A stretch of DNA of 30,784 bases from a virus (IMGVR_UViG_2854558644_000001); one strand, 5' to 3'; shown: positions 18,065 through 27,305, counted from the stretch's first letter. Numbers and translations: made by a program. The notes: a model not told the origin generated them from the sequence alone.

Positions 18065-18080
18065 ATGTCTATTTTGTAGG
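18060..18080. repeat. Junction palindrome copy 7
   Basis: agtaaa-tgtcta-ttttgt-agg overlapping the thyX stop. Confidence 0.45.
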
Positions 18081-18094
18081 AAAGGAGGATATAG

Positions 18095-20074
18095 ATGGAT
18101 AAGTTAGAAAGAATAAAACAACTTATCAAAGATTTAAATAATGCTTCATATGCTTATTATAATCAAGTTCCAATTATGCCTGATTATGAATGGGATAAAA
18201 TGTATGATGAATTAATAAATCTTGAAGAAGAGACTGGTATTGTATTATTTAATAGTCCAACACATAATGTTGGTTATTCAATTTCAGATGAACTAAAAGA
18301 AGTAAAGCATAATCATCCAATGCTTTCTCTTGATAAAACAAAATCTGTTGATGAATTAATTGAGTTTCTTGGAGATAAAAATGGCTTTTTATCTGTAAAG
18401 TGTGATGGTTTAACCACCTCACTTCATTATATTAATGGTAAGTTAATCGGTGCAGAAACTAGAGGTAATGGAGTGAAAGGTACTGAATGCCTTCAGAATG
18501 TATTAACAATGAAGAACGTACCAAGGGAAATTCCATATAAAGATGAACTTATTATTGATGGCGAAACAATTATTGGATGGGATACTTTCAGAGAGATTAA
18601 TGATAAATTACCAGAAGATAAGAAGTATAAACATCCAAGGAATCTCGTATCTGGTTCATTACAGTTGCTTAATAGCAAAGAAGCTGCAAGTAGAAATATG
18701 AGGTTTGTGGCTTGGAGAGTAATTAAGGGATTTGAGCATAAGTCAGTTTTCTTTGATTTAAAAAGAGCAGAAAGTAATGGATTTGAAATTGTCCCAATGT
18801 GGAGTTATTCAAATAATTCTTCAGACAAAGAAAATCTCTCAAAAATGCTTGAAGATTTAAGATATGAAGCTGATTTTCATAATATACCTTATGATGGAGC
18901 TGTTATGGCAGTTGATGATTATAAAATTGCTGAATCTATGGGAAGAACGGATAAATATTTTAGACATTCTAAGGCTTATAAGTATGAAGATGAATTATTT
19001 GAAACAGTACTTACAGATATTGAATGGAATACCTCTAAGACAGGATTAATAAATCCCGTGGCAATCTTCGAGCCAGTAGACTTAAATGGAGCAATTACAA
19101 CAAGGGCAACACTTCATAACGTTACATATATTAAAGATATGATGCTTGGTATTGGAGATAGAATTAGAGTTTATCGTTCAAATATGGTCATTCCTAAAGT
19201 ACATGATAGCATTGATAAGAGTGGTAATTTTAATATTCCAGATAAATGTCCTATATGTGGTCAACCTACAAGAATTATTAAAGAGAACGACTCTGAGGTA
19301 CTTATATGTGAGAATCCAGATTGTAAAGGTAAACTTTTAGGTAGACTTGTTCATGCAGCAAGTCGAAATGCGTTGGACATAGAAAATCTTTCAGAATCTA
19401 CAATTGAAAAATTCATCAATCTTGGTTGGTTAAATTCAATTCAGGACATGTATCACTTATCAGATCATGAAAACGAAATGAAAACCCTAGATGGATTTGG
19501 TAAGAAATCAGTAGAAAAACTTCTTAACTCTATTGAGAAATCTCGTAAAACAACTCTTGATCGTTTTCTTTTTAGTTTATCCGTTCCTTTACTCGGCAAA
19601 TCAGCAAGTCAGGATATTGCTGAAAATTGTACAATAGAGAATACCTCAAGTATAGGTAATTTTATGCAAATTATGATTACTGATGGCGCAGAACATTTTA
19701 GAAGTATATCAGGAATAGGAGATAGCCTTATAAATTCTTTAAATTCGTATTTTAATATACATTGTTCAGAAATATTTGAACTATCAAAAGAGTTTAAATT
19801 TGAATCACCTAATATAGTCTTAGATGAAATCCCAAATACATTACAAGGTAAAACATTCGTTGTAACTGGCTCAGTACATCATTATAAAAATCGTGACGAA
19901 TTGAAAGCCGATATAGTTACTCATGGCGGTACAGTCGTAGGTTCTGTAAGTTCTAAAACATCTTATCTTATAAATAATGATATCAACTCAGCAAGTTCTA
20001 AAAATCAGAAAGCAAAATCGCTTAATATCCCAATTATTTCAGAAGAAGAATTTTTACAAATGATTATTAAGTAA
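18095..20074 (+). CDS. ligA: NAD-dependent DNA ligase
   Basis: HPMLSLDK, KCDG, TRGNG, DGET, HPRN, DGAV, Zn finger CPICG/CENPDC, C-terminal BRCT (GKTFVVTG). Confidence 0.96.
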   Translation: MDKLERIKQLIKDLNNASYAYYNQVPIMPDYEWDKMYDELINLEEETGIVLFNSPTHNVGYSISDELKEVKHNHPMLSLDKTKSVDELIEFLGDKNGFLSVKCDGLTTSLHYINGKLIGAETRGNGVKGTECLQNVLTMKNVPREIPYKDELIIDGETIIGWDTFREINDKLPEDKKYKHPRNLVSGSLQLLNSKEAASRNMRFVAWRVIKGFEHKSVFFDLKRAESNGFEIVPMWSYSNNSSDKENLSKMLEDLRYEADFHNIPYDGAVMAVDDYKIAESMGRTDKYFRHSKAYKYEDELFETVLTDIEWNTSKTGLINPVAIFEPVDLNGAITTRATLHNVTYIKDMMLGIGDRIRVYRSNMVIPKVHDSIDKSGNFNIPDKCPICGQPTRIIKENDSEVLICENPDCKGKLLGRLVHAASRNALDIENLSESTIEKFINLGWLNSIQDMYHLSDHENEMKTLDGFGKKSVEKLLNSIEKSRKTTLDRFLFSLSVPLLGKSASQDIAENCTIENTSSIGNFMQIMITDGAEHFRSISGIGDSLINSLNSYFNIHCSEIFELSKEFKFESPNIVLDEIPNTLQGKTFVVTGSVHHYKNRDELKADIVTHGGTVVGSVSSKTSYLINNDINSASSKNQKAKSLNIPIISEEEFLQMIIK

Positions 20075-20125
20075 TTCAGAGAATATTTTATTGAGATTAA
20101 TCAATCTCACACTAAAAGAAAGCAG

Positions 20126-20842
20126 GTGATAAAGATAAGTAAGGTAAGAAGATTAGTAGCAGGATCGCTATTAACTGCTTCAGCTTTAACTTGTATAGTC
20201 CCCTTATGGGGACAAAATAATATACAAACTGCTAAAGCAGCACAGGAAGGTCAGTACATATATTCAAGAGTATTTACTGACCTAAAAAAGAATTTTGAAA
20301 AAGAAAAGACTCAAAAAGAGTTAGAAGAAAAAGAAGCTATGGAACAAATTATCGCTAGGGAATATGAGAGTTTAGAGAGCGAAATTGAAGAATATTTGGA
20401 AAAGTATACAGATTATCCTGTTCCAGAAAATAAGCCTTTTAAATCCTATATGGACGCAGATACTATTAGGGATAAAAGCTCAAAGCAATATGCTATGAAA
20501 TCAACATTTCTTCTTGATTATAACACGGGAATATATATGATTGGTAATAGATATGCTTGCGCTTTAGGCTCATTTTATTCAACTGATATAGGAACTGAGT
20601 TCGATATTGTGCTTGAAAATGGAGAAGTTATTCCATGTATCTTAGCTGATGTTAAAGATGATGAACATACAGATTCTCTTAACCAGTATACAGTTGCAAA
20701 TGGTTCAATTGTTGAGTTTGTAGTACATACAAACACACTCATTCCTAATATCTCAAATCGTTGGGGTAATACAGGAGATGTATCTAAGATAGATGGATTT
20801 GAAGGTGAAATAGCTTATATAAGAATTTATGAAAGGGAGTAA
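20126..20842 (+). CDS. Exported protein, possible 3D/RlpA-like cell-wall hydrolase (start possibly ATA 20135)
   Basis: Signal-like N-terminus, coiled coil, C-terminal domain with RYACALGS, CILADVK, IVEFVV; the fold call is inference. Confidence 0.5.
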   Translation: MIKISKVRRLVAGSLLTASALTCIVPLWGQNNIQTAKAAQEGQYIYSRVFTDLKKNFEKEKTQKELEEKEAMEQIIAREYESLESEIEEYLEKYTDYPVPENKPFKSYMDADTIRDKSSKQYAMKSTFLLDYNTGIYMIGNRYACALGSFYSTDIGTEFDIVLENGEVIPCILADVKDDEHTDSLNQYTVANGSIVEFVVHTNTLIPNISNRWGNTGDVSKIDGFEGEIAYIRIYERE

Positions 20843-20844
20843 CT

Positions 20845-21090
20845 ATGTTAGAGACAACGGCGGTTATTACTTTAGATACGATTCAACGAGTTAAGAATTT
20901 TGTTGAAGTGGTTACGAAGTATGATGAAGAAATAACAATTAAGTCACACAGGTATGAAGTCAATGCAAAATCAATCATGGCAATATTTTCGTTAAACTTA
21001 CTTGAACCAATTAACGTGTGTCTATATTGCGATGATTCATCTGTAGTAAAAAGATTTGTTGATGATATGAAAGGATTTGAAAAAATATGA
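20845..21090 (+). CDS. HPr-family protein lacking the His15 motif
   Basis: VNAKSIMAIFSL (Ser46 motif) present; GIHARP absent. Confidence 0.85.
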   Translation: MLETTAVITLDTIQRVKNFVEVVTKYDEEITIKSHRYEVNAKSIMAIFSLNLLEPINVCLYCDDSSVVKRFVDDMKGFEKI

Positions 21091-21644
21091 TTATATTGGT
21101 AGGTAAATCTTGTTCAGGAAAAGATACGGTGGTTAAGGAATTAGCGAAGATGGGTTACAACAAGATTGTAACTTGTACTACACGACCACCAAGACCAGGT
21201 GAGATTGATGGAAGAGAATATCATTTCTTAGATAAGATGAATTTCTTAACCAAGATTAATTGTGGTAGTTTTGCAGAGTACAGAATATATAAAACCGTCT
21301 CAGGAGTTTGGTATTATGGTTCATTACTTGAAGATTATAAGACATCTCATTCAGTTATTATTCTTACACCTGATGCTTTAAATAAAGTAAGGAATAAGAT
21401 TAATGATAATGTAACGGTTATTTATATTAAAGTGTCCAATAAAGAAATTAAGCGAAGAATGCTGAATAGAGATGTTGATAAAACTGAATCTAAAAGAAGG
21501 TATAAGGCTGACAAAAAGGACTTTAGACATATATCTAAGAAAGTTGATTATATTGTACATAACGAAAATAGAACAGCTTTTGAGACAGCCTTAATATGTA
21601 AGGAGTTAGATGAAATCAAAGAAAAGAATAACAGAGAAAAATAA
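21087..21644 (+). CDS. gmk: Guanylate kinase
   Basis: GKSCSGKDT, TTRPPRPGEIDGREYHF, WYYG. Confidence 0.9.
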   Translation: MIILVGKSCSGKDTVVKELAKMGYNKIVTCTTRPPRPGEIDGREYHFLDKMNFLTKINCGSFAEYRIYKTVSGVWYYGSLLEDYKTSHSVIILTPDALNKVRNKINDNVTVIYIKVSNKEIKRRMLNRDVDKTESKRRYKADKKDFRHISKKVDYIVHNENRTAFETALICKELDEIKEKNNREK

Positions 21645-21789
21645 GATCTATTGCAGTAATAGGACTTGTCCTTATATGGAATGTGTAAGGTATTACAAGA
21701 ATATTCCATATAATGTGTTAATTCTAAGAGAAAATTATAAATTGGACAAGAATAATAAATGTCCAAACATATTATTAGATTGGGAGTGA
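21610..21789 (+). CDS. Small Cys-containing phage protein (59 aa), absent from the track
   Basis: SD aggag; MKSKKRITEKNKIYCSNRTCPYMECVRY...CPNILLDWE. Confidence 0.65.
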   Translation: MKSKKRITEKNKIYCSNRTCPYMECVRYYKNIPYNVLILRENYKLDKNNKCPNILLDWE

Positions 21790-21795
21790 TGATGT

Positions 21796-22356
21796 ATAAA
21801 ACTTTATTGTGATTTTGACGGAGTTATCGTAGATACAATCGCTGCAATATGTGATTTGTATAATGAAGATTTCAAATATTATAGTGATTATAAATATATT
21901 CTTCCAGAACAGGTTAAGACTTGGGATTTTGAAGAACTTGACTGTGCAAGTAGAGAATATATAAATACATATTTTAATCAGCAGCGATTCTTTGATAGGT
22001 TAAAGTTCATGCCACAAGCCTATGAAACTTTAAGAAAATTCGCCTTAAAAGGTGAAGTTATTATTGTCTCTTCTGGTTACAGCCCAAATCTTAGAGCAAA
22101 AGAAGAGTGGTGTAAAGAACATCTTCCGTTTTGTCAGTTTATAGGAGTTAATCTTAAAAAATATAAAGATAAATCTCATATAAATATGAATGGTGACTTA
22201 TTTATTGATGATTCTGCACATAATCTTAAGACTTCTAACGCAGAGACAAAGATTTGCTTTGGTGAAATTTATCCTTGGAATAAGGAATGGAATGGCAAGC
22301 ATTGTTGGGATTGGAATATGATTCATCAGATATATAAAGCAGAATTGGAGGATTAA
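21796..22356 (+). CDS. 5'(3')-deoxyribonucleotidase (HAD/NT5C); needs ATA start or a +1 frameshift
   Basis: In-frame IKLYCDFDGVIVDT upstream of the track TTG 21856; in-frame TGA at 21790; motifs IIVSS, KSH, FIDD. Confidence 0.85.
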   Translation: MKLYCDFDGVIVDTIAAICDLYNEDFKYYSDYKYILPEQVKTWDFEELDCASREYINTYFNQQRFFDRLKFMPQAYETLRKFALKGEVIIVSSGYSPNLRAKEEWCKEHLPFCQFIGVNLKKYKDKSHINMNGDLFIDDSAHNLKTSNAETKICFGEIYPWNKEWNGKHCWDWNMIHQIYKAELED

Positions 22357-22358
22357 AT

Positions 22359-22487
22359 ATGTTAAGAGAGACTACAGAAATTAACATGGATAGTATTACT
22401 ACTGGTGATTGCATTGAATTGTTTGAATGCAAGAATACAAGAGTCGTTATTAATGATGGTAATGTTATTGGATTTGAGGAGGAATAA
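22359..22487 (+). CDS. Small phage protein (42 aa), absent from the track
   Basis: SD ggagga; MLRETTEINMDSITTGDCIELF...GFEEE fills the gap before nrdD. Confidence 0.7.
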   Translation: MLRETTEINMDSITTGDCIELFECKNTRVVINDGNVIGFEEE

Positions 22488-22490
22488 ATA

Positions 22491-24686
22491 TTGAAAGTAA
22501 TTAAAAGAGATGGTCGAAAGGTTGATTTTGATAAATCAAAAATATCATCCGCAATTCTTAAAGCTATGAAAAATGGTTCGGGTATTGTAAAACCAAAGAT
22601 TGCGAAAGACATTGCAAATGAGATTGAAGAAGAGTGTAAAGGTAAAGACGAAGTAAGTATTTCTGATATTGAATCAATGGTTTATGATAAATTGATTACA
22701 AAGAAACAGAGACTTACTGCAAAAGCATATGAAGGATATAGAAGTATTCGTGAATTTCAGAGAGAAAATGAGAATACAATTGATACAGAAATCACAGAAT
22801 TGTTGAGTGGAGAAAGTGACTATTGGAATAACGAAAACTCTAATAAAAACCCAAGACTTAATACAACGCAGAGAGATTATTTAGCAGGAATTGTAAGTAA
22901 GGATGCATCAAGAAGGTATATCCTACCACCTGAGATAGTACAAGCTCATGATGATGGATTGATTCATGTACACGATCTTGATTATCTTATTCAGTATATG
23001 AACAACTGCTGTCTTATTAATCTTGAGGATATGTTACAAAACGGTACAGTAATTAGCGAAACATTGATTGAAAAACCACATAGTTTTTCTACAGCATGTA
23101 CAGTTGCAACACAAATTATTGCACAGGTCGCTTCAAGTCAGTATGGTGGACAGAGTATATCTTTAGCACATCTTGCTCCATTCGTAGATATTTCAAGACA
23201 GAAAATTAAAAAAGAAGTAGAACATGAGTTATGTGACATTGCTAATACTTTTTTAGAAGGAAAAGAATTAGAGAACGTAATAAATAAAATTGCGGAAGAA
23301 CGCTTGAAAAAAGAGATTGAAAAAGGTATTCAGACAATTCAGTATCAAATCACAACGCTCATGACAACTAACGGGCAAGCTCCATTTATTACATTATTTA
23401 TGTATCTCAATGAAGCGCATAATCAGAGAGAAAAAGATGATTTAGCCATGTTAATTGAAGAGGAACTTCGCCAAAGTTATCTTGGTGTAAAGAATGAAGA
23501 AGGTGTCTATATTACACCTGCATTTCCAAAAGTTATTTATGTTCTTCAGGAGGACAATATTCATGAAGAAGATAAGTATTGGTATCTTACTGAGATGGCA
23601 GCTAAATGTTCTATGAAAAGATTAACTCCTGATTATATCTCAGAAAAAATTATGAAAGAGATGAAAGATGGTAACTGTTATCCTGTAATGGGATGTAGAA
23701 GTGCTTTAACAGTATGGCATGATGAAAATGGTAAACCAAAATTCTATGGACGTTTCAATTCTGGTGTTGTAACTGTATCATTACCAGATATTGCATTATC
23801 ATCAGGTGGAGATTTCAATGAATTTTGGCGTATATTTGATGAACGTACAGAGTTATGTCATAAAGCGTTAAAGATTAGACATCAGAGATTACGTGGAACA
23901 AAGTCAGATGTAGCTCCTATTCTTTGGCAACACGGAGCATTTGCAAGACTTAAAAAGGGTGAACCCATTGATAAACTACTTTTTGGTGGTTATTCAACTT
24001 TATCCCTTGGTTATGCAGGACTTGCTGAATGCGTTAAGTATATGACTGGACATTATCATTGTGATGAGGGTGTTGGAGAAAAATTCGGTCTTGAAGTAAT
24101 GCAAGCATTGAATGATAAATGCTCTCAATGGAAAAAGGATGAAAATATTGACTACAGCTTATATGGCACTCCATTAGAGGCAACCACAGAAAAGTTTGCC
24201 AAAAAGCTTAAAGAAAGATTTGGTGTTATTGAAGGAGTTACAGATCGTACATACATCACAAATTCTTATCATATCCCAGTATTTATACATATTGATGCAT
24301 TTGCAAAGCTTCGTATTGAAGCTAAATTCCAAAGATTAAGTCCAGGTGGAAGTATTTCATATATTGAGTGTCCAAATATGGAGAATAATATCCCTGCTAT
24401 ACTTGAAGTAATGAAATTCATTTATAACAATAATATGTATGCTGAATTAAATACTAAGAGTGATTATTGTCAGAAATGTGGATGGAGTAAAGAAATCAAA
24501 CTTATTGATGAAGGTGGTAAGTTGATTTGGGAGTGTCCTAATTGTGGTAATAGAGATGTAAGAACTATGGATATTACTCGTAGAACTTGTGGATACAAAG
24601 GTACGGCACGTAATGGATGGAATCAAGGTAGACTTGGTGATATTCATGATAGAGTACCACATCTTGACGACATTGAGGAGGAATAA
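22491..24686 (+). CDS. nrdD: Anaerobic (class III) ribonucleotide reductase with ATP cone
   Basis: VIKRDGR ATP cone, IHVHDLD, MGCRS, GRFNSG, TPLE, CQKC/CPNC, RRTCGY glycyl motif; TTG start with SD gaggagg. Confidence 0.96.
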   Translation: MKVIKRDGRKVDFDKSKISSAILKAMKNGSGIVKPKIAKDIANEIEEECKGKDEVSISDIESMVYDKLITKKQRLTAKAYEGYRSIREFQRENENTIDTEITELLSGESDYWNNENSNKNPRLNTTQRDYLAGIVSKDASRRYILPPEIVQAHDDGLIHVHDLDYLIQYMNNCCLINLEDMLQNGTVISETLIEKPHSFSTACTVATQIIAQVASSQYGGQSISLAHLAPFVDISRQKIKKEVEHELCDIANTFLEGKELENVINKIAEERLKKEIEKGIQTIQYQITTLMTTNGQAPFITLFMYLNEAHNQREKDDLAMLIEEELRQSYLGVKNEEGVYITPAFPKVIYVLQEDNIHEEDKYWYLTEMAAKCSMKRLTPDYISEKIMKEMKDGNCYPVMGCRSALTVWHDENGKPKFYGRFNSGVVTVSLPDIALSSGGDFNEFWRIFDERTELCHKALKIRHQRLRGTKSDVAPILWQHGAFARLKKGEPIDKLLFGGYSTLSLGYAGLAECVKYMTGHYHCDEGVGEKFGLEVMQALNDKCSQWKKDENIDYSLYGTPLEATTEKFAKKLKERFGVIEGVTDRTYITNSYHIPVFIHIDAFAKLRIEAKFQRLSPGGSISYIECPNMENNIPAILEVMKFIYNNNMYAELNTKSDYCQKCGWSKEIKLIDEGGKLIWECPNCGNRDVRTMDITRRTCGYKGTARNGWNQGRLGDIHDRVPHLDDIEEE

Positions 24687-24687
24687 T

Positions 24688-25239
24688 ATGAGATATTCAA
24701 GTATGCGTAACCTTGATATTTCTAATGGAGAGGGAGTAGGAGTCTCCCTCTTCGTTCAAGGTTGCCCATTTCACTGTTTTGGTTGTTTTAATTCTGATAC
24801 ATGGGACTTTAATGGCGGTAAGGAATGGACAGAAAAAGCAAAAGACAAATTCATAAAACTTATTAATAGACCATATATTAAGCGAATATCTTTCCTTGGT
24901 GGTGAGTGTTTAGCTGAACAGAATCTAGATGAAATCTTATCTCTAATCAAACTAATCCGTAATTCCTTTCCTGAGAAAACTATCTGGTTGTATACAGGAT
25001 ATAATTTTGATCTTTTAAATTCCAAATATAATGAATATAAATATACTCCATTTGCAGCAAATGCAGATGAGTGGCTTACACGATGGGAGATAATTTCCAA
25101 TGTAGATGTACTTGTTGATGGAGAATATATAGATGAGCAGAAAGACCTATCATTAAAATTCAGAGGTTCAAAAAACCAACGAGTGATTGATGTAAAACAG
25201 TCTCTCGCTCAGAATAAAATGGTTTTATATTGTGATTAA
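24688..25239 (+). CDS. nrdG: Anaerobic RNR activase (radical SAM)
   Basis: CPFHCFGC, GGE, WLYTGY, DVLVDG, FRGSKNQRVID; ATG 24688 with SD. Confidence 0.95.
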   Translation: MRYSSMRNLDISNGEGVGVSLFVQGCPFHCFGCFNSDTWDFNGGKEWTEKAKDKFIKLINRPYIKRISFLGGECLAEQNLDEILSLIKLIRNSFPEKTIWLYTGYNFDLLNSKYNEYKYTPFAANADEWLTRWEIISNVDVLVDGEYIDEQKDLSLKFRGSKNQRVIDVKQSLAQNKMVLYCD

Positions 25240-25264
25240 TTTAAGGAGTAATTAAAGAATAATT

Positions 25265-25612
25265 ATGAATGATAAAGAAGCGTTAGAAAAATTAAAAGCA
25301 TATCTTAAATGCCAGAAAAGACAGGTTAAGGGTGTTCATGAAGATTGTAATAATAAGAAGTGTGACAACTGCGATTTATGTTATATGCAGGGAACTACAG
25401 GTGAACATATTGAAGCTATTGAATCAGCAATACAGTCACTCGAAAGCCATAAAAGGGTTATTGAAAGATTAAAAAAAGAGTTAAAGCTTGCTGAAGATGT
25501 AGAGGAAAGAACTGTTAAAGAAAATCCTTTGCAGTTTGATCGTGTTAAAGGATATGCGGTAGGTATTTATAATGCATTAGAATTTGTAAAAAATGGTGGT
25601 AAGGAAAAATAA
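25265..25612 (+). CDS. Phage hypothetical protein with Cys cluster
   Basis: CQ...CNNKKCDNCDLC. Confidence 0.75.
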   Translation: MNDKEALEKLKAYLKCQKRQVKGVHEDCNNKKCDNCDLCYMQGTTGEHIEAIESAIQSLESHKRVIERLKKELKLAEDVEERTVKENPLQFDRVKGYAVGIYNALEFVKNGGKEK

Positions 25613-25887
25613 TGAACAAAACAGATATTCAAAAAGGTAAAATGGTCTATTATGCTCGGATGCTTAAGCCAGTAGGAATATATGAAGTATGTGACCTATA
25701 TGTAAGGACAGTTAGAGATGATTACTTCGTTGGAACAGATAAGCGTGATAAACATGCTTATCTATTTTCTTACAATAAGCTAGATAAGACAATATTTAAG
25801 ACAAGACAAGAGTGTTTAGATACTGTCTTAGAAGCTGAGAAAAATGCACCTAAAATAAGTGATGAACAAGAATATGAAGAGTATTAA
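25612..25887 (+). CDS. Phage hypothetical protein
   Basis: TAATG overlap. Confidence 0.8.
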   Translation: MNKTDIQKGKMVYYARMLKPVGIYEVCDLYVRTVRDDYFVGTDKRDKHAYLFSYNKLDKTIFKTRQECLDTVLEAEKNAPKISDEQEYEEY

Positions 25888-25905
25888 TAAGAGAGGTGAA
25901 CAACT

Positions 25906-26538
25906 ATAGGATATTTATATGATAGGTTTAAAGGAAAATATAGAATCTTGTGTCCTGTAAATAAAGATACAAACGATTTTAATCGTAAGCTCAATGGCAC
26001 ATTAGAAGATATTGATTGTTATATATCTTGTCAATATGGCAACAAGGTATTCTATTATGGACATAATACTTTACAAACATATATTCCTTCTTTAATAAGA
26101 GGACATAATATTATTAAAATAATTCAGCAATATGATCCGTCTCTTATATTTGACATTGAAGAAACGGATTCTGAAATTCTATTTAAGTTCAAATATGTCA
26201 ATTCAGACAAGGTTATTCCTTTACTAAAACCAAGAACATCAGGCTCTCAAATAAGTCCTTTTTCATCCAAAAATCTCCCAAAATCTAATTTTAAAATCCC
26301 AGATGATAAATTGACACAGTACAAAGAAATCGTGTCTAAAATTCCTCCTGAGAAGCTTTTAACCCTAAGTAGAATGACACATTCTTATTTACAAACTTTG
26401 GTTACAAAGAAAAACAATTGGGAGAATATTAAAGCAGATATGAGACTCAAATGTGTCAAGGGTAAGGAATATATCTACATGATTGGCAAATGGGACGAAT
26501 ATCTCAAATATCTTAAGAATGAAATTAAGGAGATGTAA
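25906..26538 (+). CDS. Phage hypothetical protein (proposed ATA start; track TTG 25948)
   Basis: Frame open from 25900 (IGYLYDRFKGKYRILCP); SD AGGTGA 25894-25899. Confidence 0.7.
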   Translation: MGYLYDRFKGKYRILCPVNKDTNDFNRKLNGTLEDIDCYISCQYGNKVFYYGHNTLQTYIPSLIRGHNIIKIIQQYDPSLIFDIEETDSEILFKFKYVNSDKVIPLLKPRTSGSQISPFSSKNLPKSNFKIPDDKLTQYKEIVSKIPPEKLLTLSRMTHSYLQTLVTKKNNWENIKADMRLKCVKGKEYIYMIGKWDEYLKYLKNEIKEM

Positions 26539-26867
26539 TGATGGGTGAAGTAAGAAGAATTAAAGTGAATAAATCTGTAACCAAAAATAAGTTGCTTGAT
26601 TACGGATTTAGATATAAGGAAAATGGTGATTATAGATTATATGTTCCTATATATAAATGGAACGATAAAACAACCATATATGCGTATTTTTATATAAATA
26701 TGGAAGAGAATATTTTTACTTATGATATTCAATCAGAAGGTTCTACATATTATCCATACTATAATGAAACAAATAGTGAAGTGAATAGGATAATAACAGA
26801 GAATATCAATACAGAAATAATAAAACTAATCAAGAAAGGAATTTTAAAAACGTATGAAAATAATTAA
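26538..26867 (+). CDS. Phage hypothetical protein
   Basis: SD aaggag, TAATG overlap. Confidence 0.8.
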   Translation: MMGEVRRIKVNKSVTKNKLLDYGFRYKENGDYRLYVPIYKWNDKTTIYAYFYINMEENIFTYDIQSEGSTYYPYYNETNSEVNRIITENINTEIIKLIKKGILKTYENN

Positions 26868-27303
26868 TATTAAGAAAACAGATAAGAATGCAAAGATCCC
26901 TACATATGGTAGTGAATTTGCAGCAGGTGCAGACTTATATGCAGTAATACATAATGAAGAAAATAGAGTGGAGATTCTTCCTGGCGAAACAGCTTTTATT
27001 GACACAGGAATTGTGATGGAAATACCTAATGGATATGTCGGTCTTGTTTATGCTAGAAGTGGTTTATCTTGCAAGCAGGGATTAGCTCCTGCCAATAAGG
27101 TCGGGGTGATTGATTCAGACTATCGAGGTAATATTATGGTTGCACTATATAATCAGAGTAATGAAGTAAGAACGGTATCTGAAGGTGATAGAATCGCACA
27201 GATTATTATTCAGCCAATAGAACAGTTTGGATTTAAGGTAACGGAAAATCTTAGTAATACAGTTAGAGGAAATGGTGGCTTTGGTAGTTCGGGAAAGGCA
27301 TAA
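26854..27303 (+). CDS. dut: Trimeric dUTPase
   Basis: AGADL, ARSG, GVIDSDYRG, RIAQ, RGNGGFGSSG. Confidence 0.96.
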   Translation: MKIINIKKTDKNAKIPTYGSEFAAGADLYAVIHNEENRVEILPGETAFIDTGIVMEIPNGYVGLVYARSGLSCKQGLAPANKVGVIDSDYRGNIMVALYNQSNEVRTVSEGDRIAQIIIQPIEQFGFKVTENLSNTVRGNGGFGSSGKA

Positions 27304-27305
27304 AT

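Noticed and set aside
21787-21792. Stop-codon recoding (in-frame TGA TGA between two ORFs)
   Set aside because: All long genes are intact under code 11, and TGA terminates other genes normally.
9987-24686. Inteins or group I introns in dnaE, ligA or nrdD
   Set aside because: Uninterrupted frames of ordinary length; no splicing or homing-endonuclease motifs seen.
24589-24687. Extended nrdG start overlapping nrdD
   Set aside because: SD gaggagg and the NrdG-typical N-terminus support ATG 24688.
16460-27303. Modified-base DNA pathway
   Set aside because: ThyX, dUTPase, Gmk and NrdDG fit ordinary dNTP supply; no hydroxymethylase, PurZ or queuosine-type genes seen.
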